Positions 12,401-23,991 of a stretch of DNA of 64,000 nt are shown here, in pieces (within the stretch, counting starts at the first letter, position 1; every line of letters starts with the position of its first letter). This DNA comes from Antedon mediterranea (Eukaryota > Animalia > Echinodermata): NCBI RefSeq assembly GCF_964355755.1, contig NC_092671.1:18290001-18354000 (forward strand), read 5' to 3'. Position numbers and translations under genes: made by a program. The notes beneath the pieces are model-generated. The model was not told where the DNA came from. It made no database searches and saw nothing but the letters and a program-made list of their open reading frames with translations.

Positions 12401-15400
12401 TTCAAATCTTATGTTTTACTTCTAAGCAGGCCATATCTGTATTATATTGTTTATAAGGTATGTATACCATTGCTAAAATAAGGTATATCATGTATTGTAC
12501 TTTTCTTTAACTTTATTTTCTAATCAGCTAGAAGGTTAGTCGGTGCAAAAATTCTTGTTGGTGATAATCACAAATCACCTTTTACTGGAAATCGACAATG
12601 TGGAGCTGCTGTTACATCATCTATGATTGCTTCAAACCCCGTCGAAGTTATTTGTAACAAACCAATCACAGGACGATACGTCAGTGTTTCTGAAATTGCA
12701 TGTCTTACTCTTTGTGAAGTCCAAATTTATGGTAGGTTTGTTTATAAGACTAAAATATAATATGCGTGCAATTCTTTTACGACATTATTATTTAAAAGTC
12801 ATCTGCATTAGTAGCTTTTGAGAAAATACAATAATTAATACATTGCCTTTAAAACAATAATAACCATATAAATAAATATCATATTTGGGTATTTTTGTTG
12901 TTTTAAAAGGAAGAAATATTGTCTCTTTAGTCTTAGGTTTGATGACTGAAAATCGTAAATCCATATTAAATTGCATGCACGACTTATTTCGATCCCTACT
13001 TCAACGATAAATAATATATATATAATTAAATTTCAGTATATCGCCGTCTGCTTGATATGCAGTTGCCCTAACTATTAGACCACTGGGGCTTTCATGGTAT
13101 TGTTCAAACTCGATTGGATAGCGACTCTTTAACATTCTCGGCGTTGTACGGAGGAACAGCACTAGTCCTCAGTTGTACGCACGCGCCACAGAGATCAAAT
13201 TGATACGCCCTCATCTTTTTCAGTATTTTTATTCACGAGGCGGGATCCCCGAAGAGATACGTTTATAATATAAACACAGCAGGCAAAAAACATTAATTCT
13301 AAACCGCCCGGTGATATACTGAAATATATATAATACAATACAGTATTAAGCTCTACCCATGGTATTCTCCATTGCAAAATTAACGTCAAGAGTTTTCTGG
13401 CACAGTCTGGCAAATCGTGAACATTTCTAATAAACCATTTTTTAAATAAATGGTAAAAAATATAAATGTTGATTGTTTTATTGTTTCTTTTGCCTATTTG
13501 GACTTATTAAGTAGATTTTGCGATGCACCTGTGACGTCACAGCAATTTACGGCGAATCTCGCGATTGTTCTGAAATCATATGTACATCCCTAATATGTTG
13601 TAAAAATATGGTCCTCGGGGTCAAGGAGTCCTTCAAAGAGTCGCTATCCAATCAAGTTTGAACAATACCATGAAAGCCCTAATGTTCTACTGTTTAGGGT
13701 ATTTGCATATTATCAAGCAGAAGGTTCCGGGTTCAAATCTTTCATTCTCACAGGTTTCCTCATCTTTATCGTTTCAAATTAATTAATTAATTAAATTTCA
13801 GTATTAATTCATTCTAATATATATATATATATATTCATTTATTATTTTTACTTTTTTTTTTTTATAGCGGTGCAGTTTATGACAAATTTGCCTAGAGCTC
13901 TACAAAGTTCAATATTTCACGGTGGTACTGCTGTTAGGGCCATCGATGGGAACACAAATGGAAAGTTCACGGAAAACTCGTGTACTCATACCAGTGAGTA
14001 ACTAGTATCATATCGCATCCTTACTATTGTTGTTGATGTTGATGATGTTGTTTTTTTTTTATTGTTGTTGTTGCTTTTATTGTTGCTGTTGTTGCTGTTG
14101 GTGTTAATGCTGCTGTTGCTGTGGTTGGTGTCGCTGTTTTTGTTACTGTTTCTGTTGCTGTTGTTGTTGTTGCTGTTATTGTTACTGTTGTTGCTGTTGA
14201 TGTTGCTGTTAGTTTTGCTGTTGTTGATGTTGCTGTTATTGTTGCTGTTGTTGATGTTGTTGTTTTTGTTATTGTTGCTGTTGTAGTTATTGCTTTTGTT
14301 GTTTTTTTATTGTTGCTTTTGTAGTTATTTTTGCTGTTGCTTTTATTGTTGCTGTTCCTGTTATTGCTGCTGTTACTCTCATTGTTGCTGTTTCTGTTGC
14401 TGTGGTTGCTGTTATTGTTGCTGTTGATGTTGCTGTTATTGTTGCTGTTGTTGATGTTGTTGTTTTTGTTATTGTTGCTTTTGTAGTTATTGCTTTTGTT
14501 GTTTTTTTATTGTTGCTTTTGTAGTTATTTTTGCTGTTGCTTTTATTGTTGCTGTTCCTGTTATTGCTGCTGTTACTCTCATTGTTGCTGTTTCTGTTGC
14601 TGTGGTTGCTGTTATTGTTTCTGTTGCTGTTCCTATTGTTGTTATTATTATTATCGTCGTCATCATCATCAACATCATCCTTATCATAATTATTATTATT
14701 ATTATCATCATCATCGTCATCATCATCATCACCACCACCACCACTTACATCTCATCATCATTCTCACCAGTATCATTATTATTATTATTATTACCATCAT
14801 CCTCATCGTCATCATCAGCATCATCACCACCACCACCAACATATCATCATCATCCTCACCAGTATCATTGTTATTATTATTATTATTACCATTATCGTCA
14901 TCATCATCTTCATCGTCATCGTCGTCGTCATCATCATCATCACCATCATCACCACCACCAACACCTACATCTCATCATAATCCTCACCATTATCATTATT
15001 ATTATTATTAAGGTCCTCAACGCTACCATACTTTTTAAAATTTACTACATAAGTCAATAATATACGCTTTTGATTTACATATTGAAAAGGTTGTGAAAAC
15101 GGCAAAGGTGAGCCGGGTCCATGGTGGTATTTTAACTTTGGAATACAGAAGCGTATTTCAAAGATAGTTTTATATAACAGAGAAGATTGTTGTGGTAAGA
15201 ACGTAATGTTTACTATATTGGTTTCTGTAAAATGAAAAGCTCATCATTTTAAACCACTCTGGGATAAAAACAATGAGTACATTGGCAGTTTTAAAGATTT
15301 TATTCTATTATTATATTATTATACTAAGTGCAGCTAGCAGATATTTGTTTGAACATATTACAGATGTTAAGATTGTGAATTTTGAACCTACGCGGGCTAA

Positions 15401-18088
15401 TATTGACTTACAATCATAGCCTCACTGGTTTCTCTTCTCAGAGCAAAAAACGAACACTTACTCAGTGGTTGAAACACACAAATAATCACCTCTATTTTAA
15501 ATGACAAACAAATAAACCCAATGAGGTCAGATATTATCTGTTTCGTAGCAACAACTTAATAACAATCAGAAAAAGATATCGATACAAAAAGAAAGAATCA
15601 TAATACCCTTATTAAAGACCAAAATTAAAATTACACGACAGACGCTATACAGAATATTTACTGTACGAATTAATTCTTCTAATCAGATAAAAGGTTAGTA
15701 GGTGCTGAAATTCGTGTTGGTAATGACAACACGCCACCTTTTACTGGAAATCAACAATGTGGAGATTCTCTTACAAACGCTATAATTGGTTTAAACCCCA
15801 TCGAAGTTATTTGTGACACCAGACCAATTGGACAGTACGTCAGTGTTCGTCTTCCTGGGAACGAATGTCTTAGTCTTTGTGAAGTTCAAATTTACGGTAT
15901 GTTTGTCATACATTCAAGTAAAACATGATATTTGTACCTGAATGTATGAATAAATGTGCTTTTAATTAATATATACATACAATACTAATAAAAACTGCCA
16001 GTCGAGTTTCGTATGTTTAAATGCGATTCCATTAGTTTCATTAAATAATCTATATTTTTCATATTTGTTAATAAAGAAAGCAGGATTGTTTTTTATGTGA
16101 ACTGTCACGTGTTAAATATTACGATTTCTTTGTAACACATGATTCTTATACACATCTGAACCAGGGCCTGGAGCTAGAGTGGAACATCGAACCCCGCATC
16201 CCTAGCTCCCAACAATCTTCTATTCCTTTCGGTATATTTCTAGCTATATCAATAATGTCTTTGTACAGAGATTTTTTAAATACATTATTCAAGCTAATAT
16301 TAAAAATAATAATTAGTAAGCATTTCATTTATTTTAGAGGCTGTACCAGTGACTCATTTTATAGGAGCAAAACAGAGTTCAACACTTCGTCCAGGACGTG
16401 ACGCCACTAAAGCCATCGATGGAAACAAAAATGGAATTATGGATAAAAACTCATGTACACACACCGGTAAAGTTAGAAAATGAAGTAACAGAGAGTGAAT
16501 ATATTTTATAAAAAACCAAATCCTTAGTTGTTTAAGCAGCCGAGTTTCATACAAGTTATATTGCACAGTATTGCCATTTTTTGTTATTTTAATATAGAAA
16601 CTGTAGTTTATCGGTTACATTTAAAAAGAAACCTAGTTAGTACTCTACATTAGATATTTAGTGGGCTGAGGGCATGATTCTTAATATGTCCTAGGTGATC
16701 TGGATAAAGAATTTCCTTTTTTAAGTATTACTGTAATTAATTGTTCTAGTTCGCGTTCAGACATTGGAGCATTGCCCTTTCGAATGGTTTAGGCCTATAG
16801 CTTCCCGTTAAAAGTTGGTGTGTTATAAAACAATTACTGAATGTTTTGTTTTCGTGCAATGGAACAAATAATGTCATTAAGTGAAAGCTTTCATCTTTCA
16901 TCTCTTGAATGTAAACAAAATAATAATAGCGATTTCTATGCAGTGATTTAAAATGTCTTATGTAATTGTTGTTTTTTTTCTCAAAAAAGGTTGTGTAAAC
17001 GGCGAGGGTCCGCAAGATCCTTGGTGGTATGCTGATCTGGGAAGACAGACATTTATTTCAAAGATCGTGTTATATAACAGAGAAGATTGTTGCGGTAAGA
17101 ACTTAATGTAAATTATTGCAGCATAGCAAATATAAGCAGAATAAACAAAACAAATATTGGTTTCTGTCAAATGAAAGACAGCTCATCATTTTAAACCATT
17201 CTTTGTGACCAAAATGATGTTTTATGCAGTATTTAAAAATTAAAAATGATTTCTTTATGTTAATATCCATTTTATAAAATACCCTATTCTATGATTCAAT
17301 ATCTACTTAGCTAGAGCAAAGATTAAATAAATCAATACATATCGGACAAAGCATGAATTTATGAATGTTACATTTGTATACTGTGTCCTCGTCATTCGTT
17401 TATACGAGTATTTAGTAAATGGTATTGGTATATTAAAGCACAACTTCAATTATGTTCTTGTTCTAGGTGAGAGATTAATTGGTGCAGACATTCGTGTTGG
17501 TAACGACAATGTCTCACCTTTTACTGGAAATTCAAAATGTGGTACTGTTACATCATCGATGATTGGATCAAACCGTATCGTATTTGTGTGTAACAAACCA
17601 ATCAGGGGACATTACATCACTGTTCGTCTTCCTGGAACAATGTGTCTCAGTATTTGTGAAATAGAAGCTGAGGAAGGTAGGAAATGTTTCTACATGTATC
17701 GATAAATGTATTTTAATATCCGTAACGTTGCAGACAGTCATGATCTGAATGTTTGTCTGTCCAAAATCATTCACTGTAATTCTAATTCGAATCATTTTAA
17801 AATTAATTACAATTCTTTATTAAATTAGATTATAATTTGAAAACATTTATTCATAACTCAGTGAAATTAGACATAGCCTGCATGTTCTTCATAATTCGTA
17901 CAAAGCCTTACGACGTAGAGGCCTCTTATGCTAATGAATTTATCAAGATATTCTTTTGTCTATTAGACTAGTAGAGTCTATCAAAAAATAATTACAGTAC
18001 AATCTAAAAGTAAAATGGATATCTTTATTCCACAGGTGACTTTGCCAGACAAAAGACGGATGATTATGAACGAATACATTATTATTAA
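2337..18088 (+). CDS. Four-domain F-type lectin (fucolectin/FTP-domain protein), 13 exons; first (signal peptide) exon uncertain
   Basis: Exons 2337-2465, 2621-2743, 3234-3446 | 9907-10038, 10845-10988, 12528-12731 | 13868-13993, 15090-15194, 15687-15896 | 16338-16466, 16990-17094, 17467-17676 | 18036-18088 (stop). All introns are GT-AG phase 1 and the frame is open throughout. Each domain has QSS..AIDG..C, WW, NRxD..C..RL and LCEV/ICEI motifs. Confidence 0.9.
5471..6672 (-). mobile_element. Old, degraded CR1/L2-group LINE, 3' part (RT remnant, 3' UTR, (GAAT)n tail)
   Basis: Minus-strand fragments RKHFSTDSCLI, LDLQKAFDTVDH, AWFKSYLENRQQ, YADD, HFDYACSSWY..KLQIMQNK, KEWNKLP. The end reads aaataaatgaatgaatgaat. 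Confidence 0.8.
6675..9640 (-). mobile_element. Younger 5'-truncated CR1/L2-group LINE (APE-RT ORF2 broken by frameshifts and a stop), nested in the older LINE
   Basis: ORF pieces 8980-9456 (GDFN, IDNIF, SDHLP), 8121-9077 (YRPISLL), 7866-8102 (DLSKAFD) and 6986-7966 ([13 protein letters not shown]). A 3' stem-loop lies at 6746-6790 and a (TTGAA)n-like tail at 6675-6700. Confidence 0.92.
9645..9822 (-). mobile_element. Upstream RT fragment of the older LINE
   Basis: KIARVHPLFK...YRPIS...VLSKVLERAVYVQIEKYLNDNNIMFEF, which joins naturally to RKHFSTDSCL at about 6670. Confidence 0.75.
9907..12731 (+). CDS. F-type lectin domain 2 (3 exons)
   Basis: VSQSTVLRAADPERAIDG...SCADS / QWWYVDL...YNREDCC / RRLVGAKILVG...CLTLCEVQIY. 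Confidence 0.88.
10127..10757. repeat. 17-bp minisatellite (GGCCGGGTGGCAACATA)n, about 33 copies, ending in a 15-bp variant (GGTGGCAAAAGCATA) x4
   Basis: Directly visible. The 17-aa periodicity of the spurious ORFs equals 3 x 17 nt. Confidence 0.95.
11530..11790 (-). mobile_element. Solo Penelope pLTR copy with a mutated family A hammerhead (11654-11691)
   Basis: Matches 760-1022. The core is changed to UUGAUGA...GAAC. Confidence 0.8.
13047..13720. mobile_element. Element bounded by about 85-bp imperfect inverted repeats (13047-13130 / 13635-13720), mixed with SINE fragments
   Basis: gggctttcatggtattgttcaaactcgattggatagcgactcttt versus aaagagtcgctatccaatcaagtttgaacaataccatgaaagccc. Confidence 0.7.
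13868..15896 (+). CDS. F-type lectin domain 3 (3 exons)
   Basis: ALQSSIFHGGTAVRAIDG...SCTHT / PWWYFNFG...YNREDCC / KRLVGAEIRVG...CLSLCEVQIY. Confidence 0.9.
14025..15010. repeat. Compound trinucleotide microsatellite (GTT/GCT)n then (ATC/ATT/ACC)n, intronic
   Basis: Directly visible, lying between lectin exons 13993 and 15090. Confidence 0.95.
16338..18088 (+). CDS. F-type lectin domain 4 (3 exons) plus terminal exon
   Basis: AKQSSTLRPGRDATKAIDG...SCTHT / PWWYADLG...YNREDCC / ERLIGADIRVG...CLSICEIEAEE / GDFARQKTDDYERIHYY*. Confidence 0.88.
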
Positions 18089-19437
18089 TTTGTAGAACCA
18101 AGTGTGAACAAGTTGTGCCTTAAACACATGAATTCAAAATGCGTTTTCTTACGAAAAAAAGTAGATTTAATTAATTTTGCTTTTTTAATTAACAAGAAGT
18201 TACATTGTACACTAACTAATATAATTATGTTTTTTAAGGGTTCAATTGAATCCCCTTGTAAACGTTTTTTGTTATACTATAATTACGTAAATATAAACAA
18301 AGTAGATTTGAAAATAGATTTTGAACACGATTGAATAACTGAATTGTAATTAAAGACATGCTATGCTTGAATGTAAATGTTCATCTCATTTGTAATCTTA
18401 AAATAATATACACATTTCGTTTTTATTAGGCAAATGGTAGACTATGCAAAATTAAATTGTAAAAACCTTCTTGACAGTTTCCTTGTTCCTTACATGACGC
18501 AACAGTGCTGCAAAAATCGCAGGTTTGATTTTACGCAGGCGGAGGAAAACACAATTATTGGAAGGGAATTTGCTTACGTTGCGTAGGTTGCGTTACGTTG
18601 CGTTGCAAGTGGGAACCAAGCTTAAGAAATAAAATAGATTCTATATTTGTATTACCGTTACTGCTCGTCTGTGTAAATTGGCCTTTAAGTTTTGAGTTGC
18701 ACTTAAACACAACGATATAGCACAACACAGTGATTGTATGAAGTAAAACTTCACAACAATTACGTTTAGATGATGACGGGTATGGATTTATTCCGAATGA
18801 TTAATTTGTTTTCTTTTAATTGATAACAGTTTTGGAAAGTAGAATAATTAGCCAGACAATAATCAATTGTGTAATTGAAATATTGATAATTTATTGTAAG
18901 TATTGTAAACAAAGCATAACTAAACAACATGCTTCAGCCAGGGAAGAGTGAAATTGTAAGTTCATCGTCTTCTCTGATGCAGTAGACTACTTGAACATTT
19001 AAAAATGTGACATCAGTGGCATCCAGTATCGTCATCAAACGAACATTAATATTTACACATAATTGTTTGAAGGTTTGCATGGCGAAGTAAAGCAAATGTT
19101 GATATCATGTTTGCCGTACACATAGTTCTGAAATGAACTGTTGAGTTTCTCGACTATGCTTCGATAGTCCTCAGGGGTGACGATGATCAAAGTAAATTGA
19201 TCGTGGATAAAATCAACAGTTCTTTTCAGACCTATTAACGTGGTGTACGACAAACTTTATCTAAAAAATCTCAGTATATTTCGTTACGGTCAAACCAAAC
19301 TCCTCACATCCCCCTTCCCTCAAAATGCCTATAATTCCCTAATAATTCAATTCAGAGCTGCTTTCGTAGAATATTATAAAAAAAAAATATCGGCAATAGG
19401 CTATTAGGTAGTAGTCTTCATTATTATTCCATTGTTT

Positions 19438-20247
19438 TTATAATTCATAATCAAATACAAGACCCGTGCCTTTCATTTTTTATTCGTATATTTTATCGAA
19501 TTCTTCACTCTGTGCAACCGTAAAATAATTCTTCCAATCGCCAACTTTTCCTAAAACAGAATTCAGAATTATTGGCATTGTGAAAGTTGATTAAAAGATC
19601 ATAAAATTATTCTAAATTGCTAATATCGGGTACAACAACCATTATCATTAAATCATTATTTTGCCTTAAGCGCTGTCTACTCTATTAAACTTTATGTAAA
19701 AATATGATGTGCCTAACCACGTCCTTATTTCCACCACCCGAAAAATGTGAATTATAATGGTTCTTTGATTAATGCAATTGCTGTGATTAGTTGTGGTATT
19801 TAACGTCACACCTTAACTTTGCTGTCAAAACTATCAACCTTTTCTCATAAATTTAGTCGATGCTTTATCATCTATGCCTACAGTTGTGCTGTCTGAATAG
19901 TTTGTTTTTGGATACTTTTTCATACTACCAAACGATTTCATCTAGTTTGCCATCAGGAATAGGCCAACCGAAGAATTCAGAAACCTTTACAATTACAGAT
20001 GACAGATTCTAAAGTGTAACACAATCAGACTGTTATTATTAGTAAAACAAATTAAAAGTTTGTATTTCAAGGATATTTCTTGTATGTAGCCTACATAACT
20101 TTTTTTCGATTCGTTAAGTGATACAAACAAATATTTTTTTCATACGACCTACTTTTTGCATATCTTCATATTTTATGAAAAGAAAATTGTCGTCATTACG
20201 GCGACTCCACCAGTACAAATTAATGTCGAACCAACTTCCACGATGAG
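19438..20247 (-). pseudogene. Cytosolic sulfotransferase (SULT) pseudogene, last three exons
   Basis: Exon 20153-20247 HRGSWFDINLYWWSRRNDDNFLFIKYEDMQK. Exon 19839-20008 NLSSVIVKVSEFFGWPIPDGKLDEIV/[frameshift]GSMKKYPKTNY...KFMRKG. Exon 19438-19550 [35 protein letters not shown]. Contains the RKGxxGDWK PAPS-binding motif and the KxxFTVxxxE dimerisation motif. Splice sites are canonical. Confidence 0.88.
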
Positions 20248-21002
20248 CTGAAAATAAGAGAAATATGAGAGAAATTGGTTCTAAAAGCAAGTTATTCGGT
20301 ACTAAATCTTTATAATCTTTGGCATAAAATAACTGTTTGTTTACCGTATCTGAACTAGTGCCACCATTAATTAATATGATTCATTTCTCATTGTTGTCAC
20401 TGACCAATTATTGCGGTCTATATATTTCAATGGACATTTTATGAATGGTAAATATTAATCTAGTTGGCCATGTCAAAATCCCTCTCAACGCATGCGTATA
20501 AGCTGATTCGCGCGAACAAATTTGAAATGTTAACTTTATATAATATATTAAGTTATGCTTTTGCCATTTTTGGAGAGTTAAACCAGGGAAGGTAATTTCA
20601 CTCTTCCCTGGTTACACTAACTTTGACCACTTTTCATCACAAACATTAAAACTGAATTGTATGAGCTGTTTCGTGCTTGCTGATTGGAGTTTGAGTAATA
20701 GTCTTAAAATAGACCAATACATATAATAATGTTGATGGTGTCAACCTTTGCTTTGTTGGCATCTGGTGTTGTTGAAAATGAGTCTTGATTAGGCGGGGAG
20801 ACGCCAGACTATCTGCTATCTCATGAGGTCCAACAGCATGAAACCCTGATATTTGTATATCAAGAGAAACAAAATCTTTCTATGATGCTCTTGCTGTCTG
20901 CCTTTTTGAAGTCACAGCTATAGAATAGAACAGACACTATCTCTTGCATCCACGTAGTTCCTATCAAGAAAAGTCTTTATTATTTTAGCGTCTACCGTCT
21001 AA

Positions 21003-21138
21003 AGCTCTGTCTACACTATCAAATTAGTGCTCAAATATGGTAGTGATATGCTCAAATTGGTAGTGAGACGTCACCATGTCTATATATGGGCACATCACAT
21101 TTTGTTGTCGCATCAACTTTGATAGCGTAGACAGAGAT
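21003..21138. mobile_element. MITE family with TIR (AGCTC)TGTCTACACTATCAAA, PIF/Harbinger-like; other copies at about 34996-35130, 37797-37917, 37952-38085, 50920-51073, 54124-54480 (interrupted) and 56440-56587
   Basis: Terminal inverted repeats ctgtctacactatcaaa / tttgatagtgtagacag, a shared internal ggtagtgatatg motif, and flanking TAA/TTA. Confidence 0.8.
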
Positions 21139-22489
21139 TTTAAGTTTTGAGTTGCTCTGCAACGCAGTGATTGTATGGAGTAAAATAAATTACGATAGGT
21201 AGATGTATTCCGAATGATTAATTTGTTTTTCTTTTAATTGTTGGAAAGTAGAATATTAGCAAGAAAATAATCAATTGTGTAATTGAAATGATTGATAATT
21301 TATTGTAAGTATATAAACTAACAACATGATGCAGCAGCAGACATGAACATCTCGAAATGTTACTTTTTATCAGTGGCATCCAACATCATAACGAACATTA
21401 AAGACATTTCATTTCTGTTTTTAAATATTGATTGTTATAAATTATATATCTCAAGTATGCTTACCCCAAATATTATATATCTATATATAAATTATGGTTA
21501 ATTCTGACATAGGCGAGCACAATGCAAAAACTTCGGTACAAATCTCCGCCTTGGATACCTACCTTATCTTTCTCAGATGTACCACGAAACGTAGATTTGA
21601 TAACATTAGTTTTCAATTCGACGCTTTTGTTCCATATTTCTATCTTAGGAAGATATTATAAAGAGTTTTTAAACATAATTTATGATTTCAACAGTATATT
21701 TTCAACTCAATTTCAATTCTTCGCACTTTTATCTACACTTTACCAAGCATTTGTTATTCTTTTTTACCACTTTTCATATCTATTAGAGGATTTCATTTTA
21801 TTATAAATGTTACCATATTATCAAAACTTAAAAATTAACGTATATCCCTCGAATAAGCACCTCCCTCAAATGAACTCCGCCTCCCCAAAGGGCCCTACCA
21901 AACAATAAACACTATACTTTAAAATGTTATTAATCATCTAAAACACTGTGAAACAGAGTAGTTTAGTTTTACGAATGTCAAGCATTTTCAATAATGGTAA
22001 CCGACAGAAAACGTACAAGGAGAACATTTTTATCATTCTGAGGACCATCGTCTACACTTCCTAGACGGGGAGCGAGCGAAGCGAGCTCACCCTCTAGTAG
22101 TAATAAATTTATTAATATACATTTTAGAATTTCAAATGTTTGAAAACGTACTAATATTTTTTCCATTATAAATTGGCAAATAATATTATTTATGTTGCCC
22201 CGTATATTGAAATTCTTAGATTAAGATTCTTTATTTACTATGGATATATTATTCGATCATGGTATTCCAAAATAAAAGATGAATAAATTAAATGAATGTG
22301 AAATAAACACGTAAAAAAATAGGAAGTGTAAATCCTGCAGCACCACTATTTCATGATTAAACGAGTTCGCTTACGTCACTGCTTTCTGACAAGTCCGCCC
22401 TTATTCTTCATTATTATTGATATTATTGTGTTGCCAAATGCTTCATTTTAAATTATATCTGTATTTGTGTGTCTGTTGTATGTTTGTAT

Positions 22490-23085
22490 TGTAATATAAT
22501 GTTGCGTTGTTGAGGTACTAATGAAAGACTCTGACTCGCTTGACTGTCGTAACACATATATTATTTATTCAGTATAATACTTCAGTACAATATACAACTA
22601 TAAGTATAGATAAGGAACGGACAATCAATGATGCTGTCAGTGAGGTGTGAAGTGTGTAGGTCTGCTGTGAGGTGTGTGCTCCGTGAGGTGGCTGTAAGGT
22701 GTGTCTGGGCCCTTCTGAAACTTGGGAGTATATTGGCTCAGTTCATTTGCATAATGTCATTACATCATCTGTGAGGGTAACGATTGGTCCTAAGTTGATC
22801 CAGGGGTGTTTAAGTGGGAGTGATTAACGGTATAATAAGGTATTTCTGTGATGGATGACACTGTCAAATCTGTACTTAAATAGTGTCGATCACTCCTGGT
22901 TTAACGATGGGAAAGTCACAAAATTAAGCTAAGTGTTTTCTTTAGGGATTCTATTATAAACTAAATGGTCATTAAAACATCTGGACAAACTCTCCTTTGG
23001 ACTTTCTGGGTCAAGTTTGTGAACCTATTTGAATTCCGATACAAAGGTCAATTTCTTAAATATAAAAGTATATCCTTATATCACA
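22490..23085 (-). repeat. 3' LTR (596 bp)
   Basis: tgtaata...tatcaca. The polypurine tract GAAAAAAAAAAGGGAAACAGAGGGA is immediately upstream on the minus strand (23086-23110). Confidence 0.95.
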
Positions 23086-23991
23086 TCCCTCTGTTTCCCT
23101 TTTTTTTTTCTAATCTATTTAACATATAAAAATGGTTATAATAGTGGCATGCAAAATTAAAGTTATATAAAAGAAAAAAAAACATTATTATACATATAAG
23201 CAAAAATTGAGTTAGCCAAAACCATTGACTCTGAAGTGTAACCTTATCACTTTCACTCTCTCTCTTCTCTCTCTTAAAAAAAATGAAATTAAAAATGAAT
23301 TTGGTATAAAATTCGCGTAAATCAAACATAAATCAGTTAAAAATAAAAATACAAAACTTAAAAAAATAGTATGTTACATTGAACATACATCAAATTCGTG
23401 CGACAACTTATCGCGTTCTAATGGTCTTCAAACATAAATCATCAAATTAAAACATAAAACTCAAGAAACTGTGGCTGATTAGCCTAAAATCAAATATCAA
23501 ACTTAATCACTTAAAACTTTAAAGAAACAAATGTGTGTGTCCCGTTGACACAAACTTATCCACAATATATCGTTATCGTCACAACTTTATCGATTTAAGC
23601 ATTTATATTCACAGGTAATTACGATTTCAATCAATCGACAAATTCGACTTTTGTACTCAATGTCAACAAAATTACAATTAAAAGTACTAAGAAAATCTCC
23701 TGTTATTGTATATCAATTAATTAATGCTTGAGATTAACGACTCAAAGGTTAAACAAAATATTTGTTACAAAATGATTGTCGTTCCTTTTAATATCTCAAT
23801 ATATCGATCATTCAAAATTCAAAATTAATCATTATCAAACTCGTTACAAAATCAATACTTAATCATAATTTCAATTCTCTTTTAACTGAAATCACATCAT
23901 TACTAAACAAATCTCATCAAATACGTAGACTATGCTATCAATAATTTAGCAAATGTCGTAATTAAAAATAATCTTGCAAAAAAAAATTAAA

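Noticed and set aside
14062-15060. Poly-Leu/Ile/His/Cys ORFs
   Set aside because: Trinucleotide microsatellite inside a lectin intron.
20341-20520. Further upstream sulfotransferase exon
   Set aside because: A donor-like site exists but no RNPKD or PKSGT motif is recognisable in any frame.
23081-23329. env-like ORF3 in the Gypsy 3' region
   Set aside because: Short AT-rich ORF running through the PPT, with no signal peptide, furin site or ectodomain.
22490-23579. 1.1-kb LTR
   Set aside because: The PPT and CA terminus at 23085 define a 596-bp LTR; the extra match is duplicated 3' UTR.
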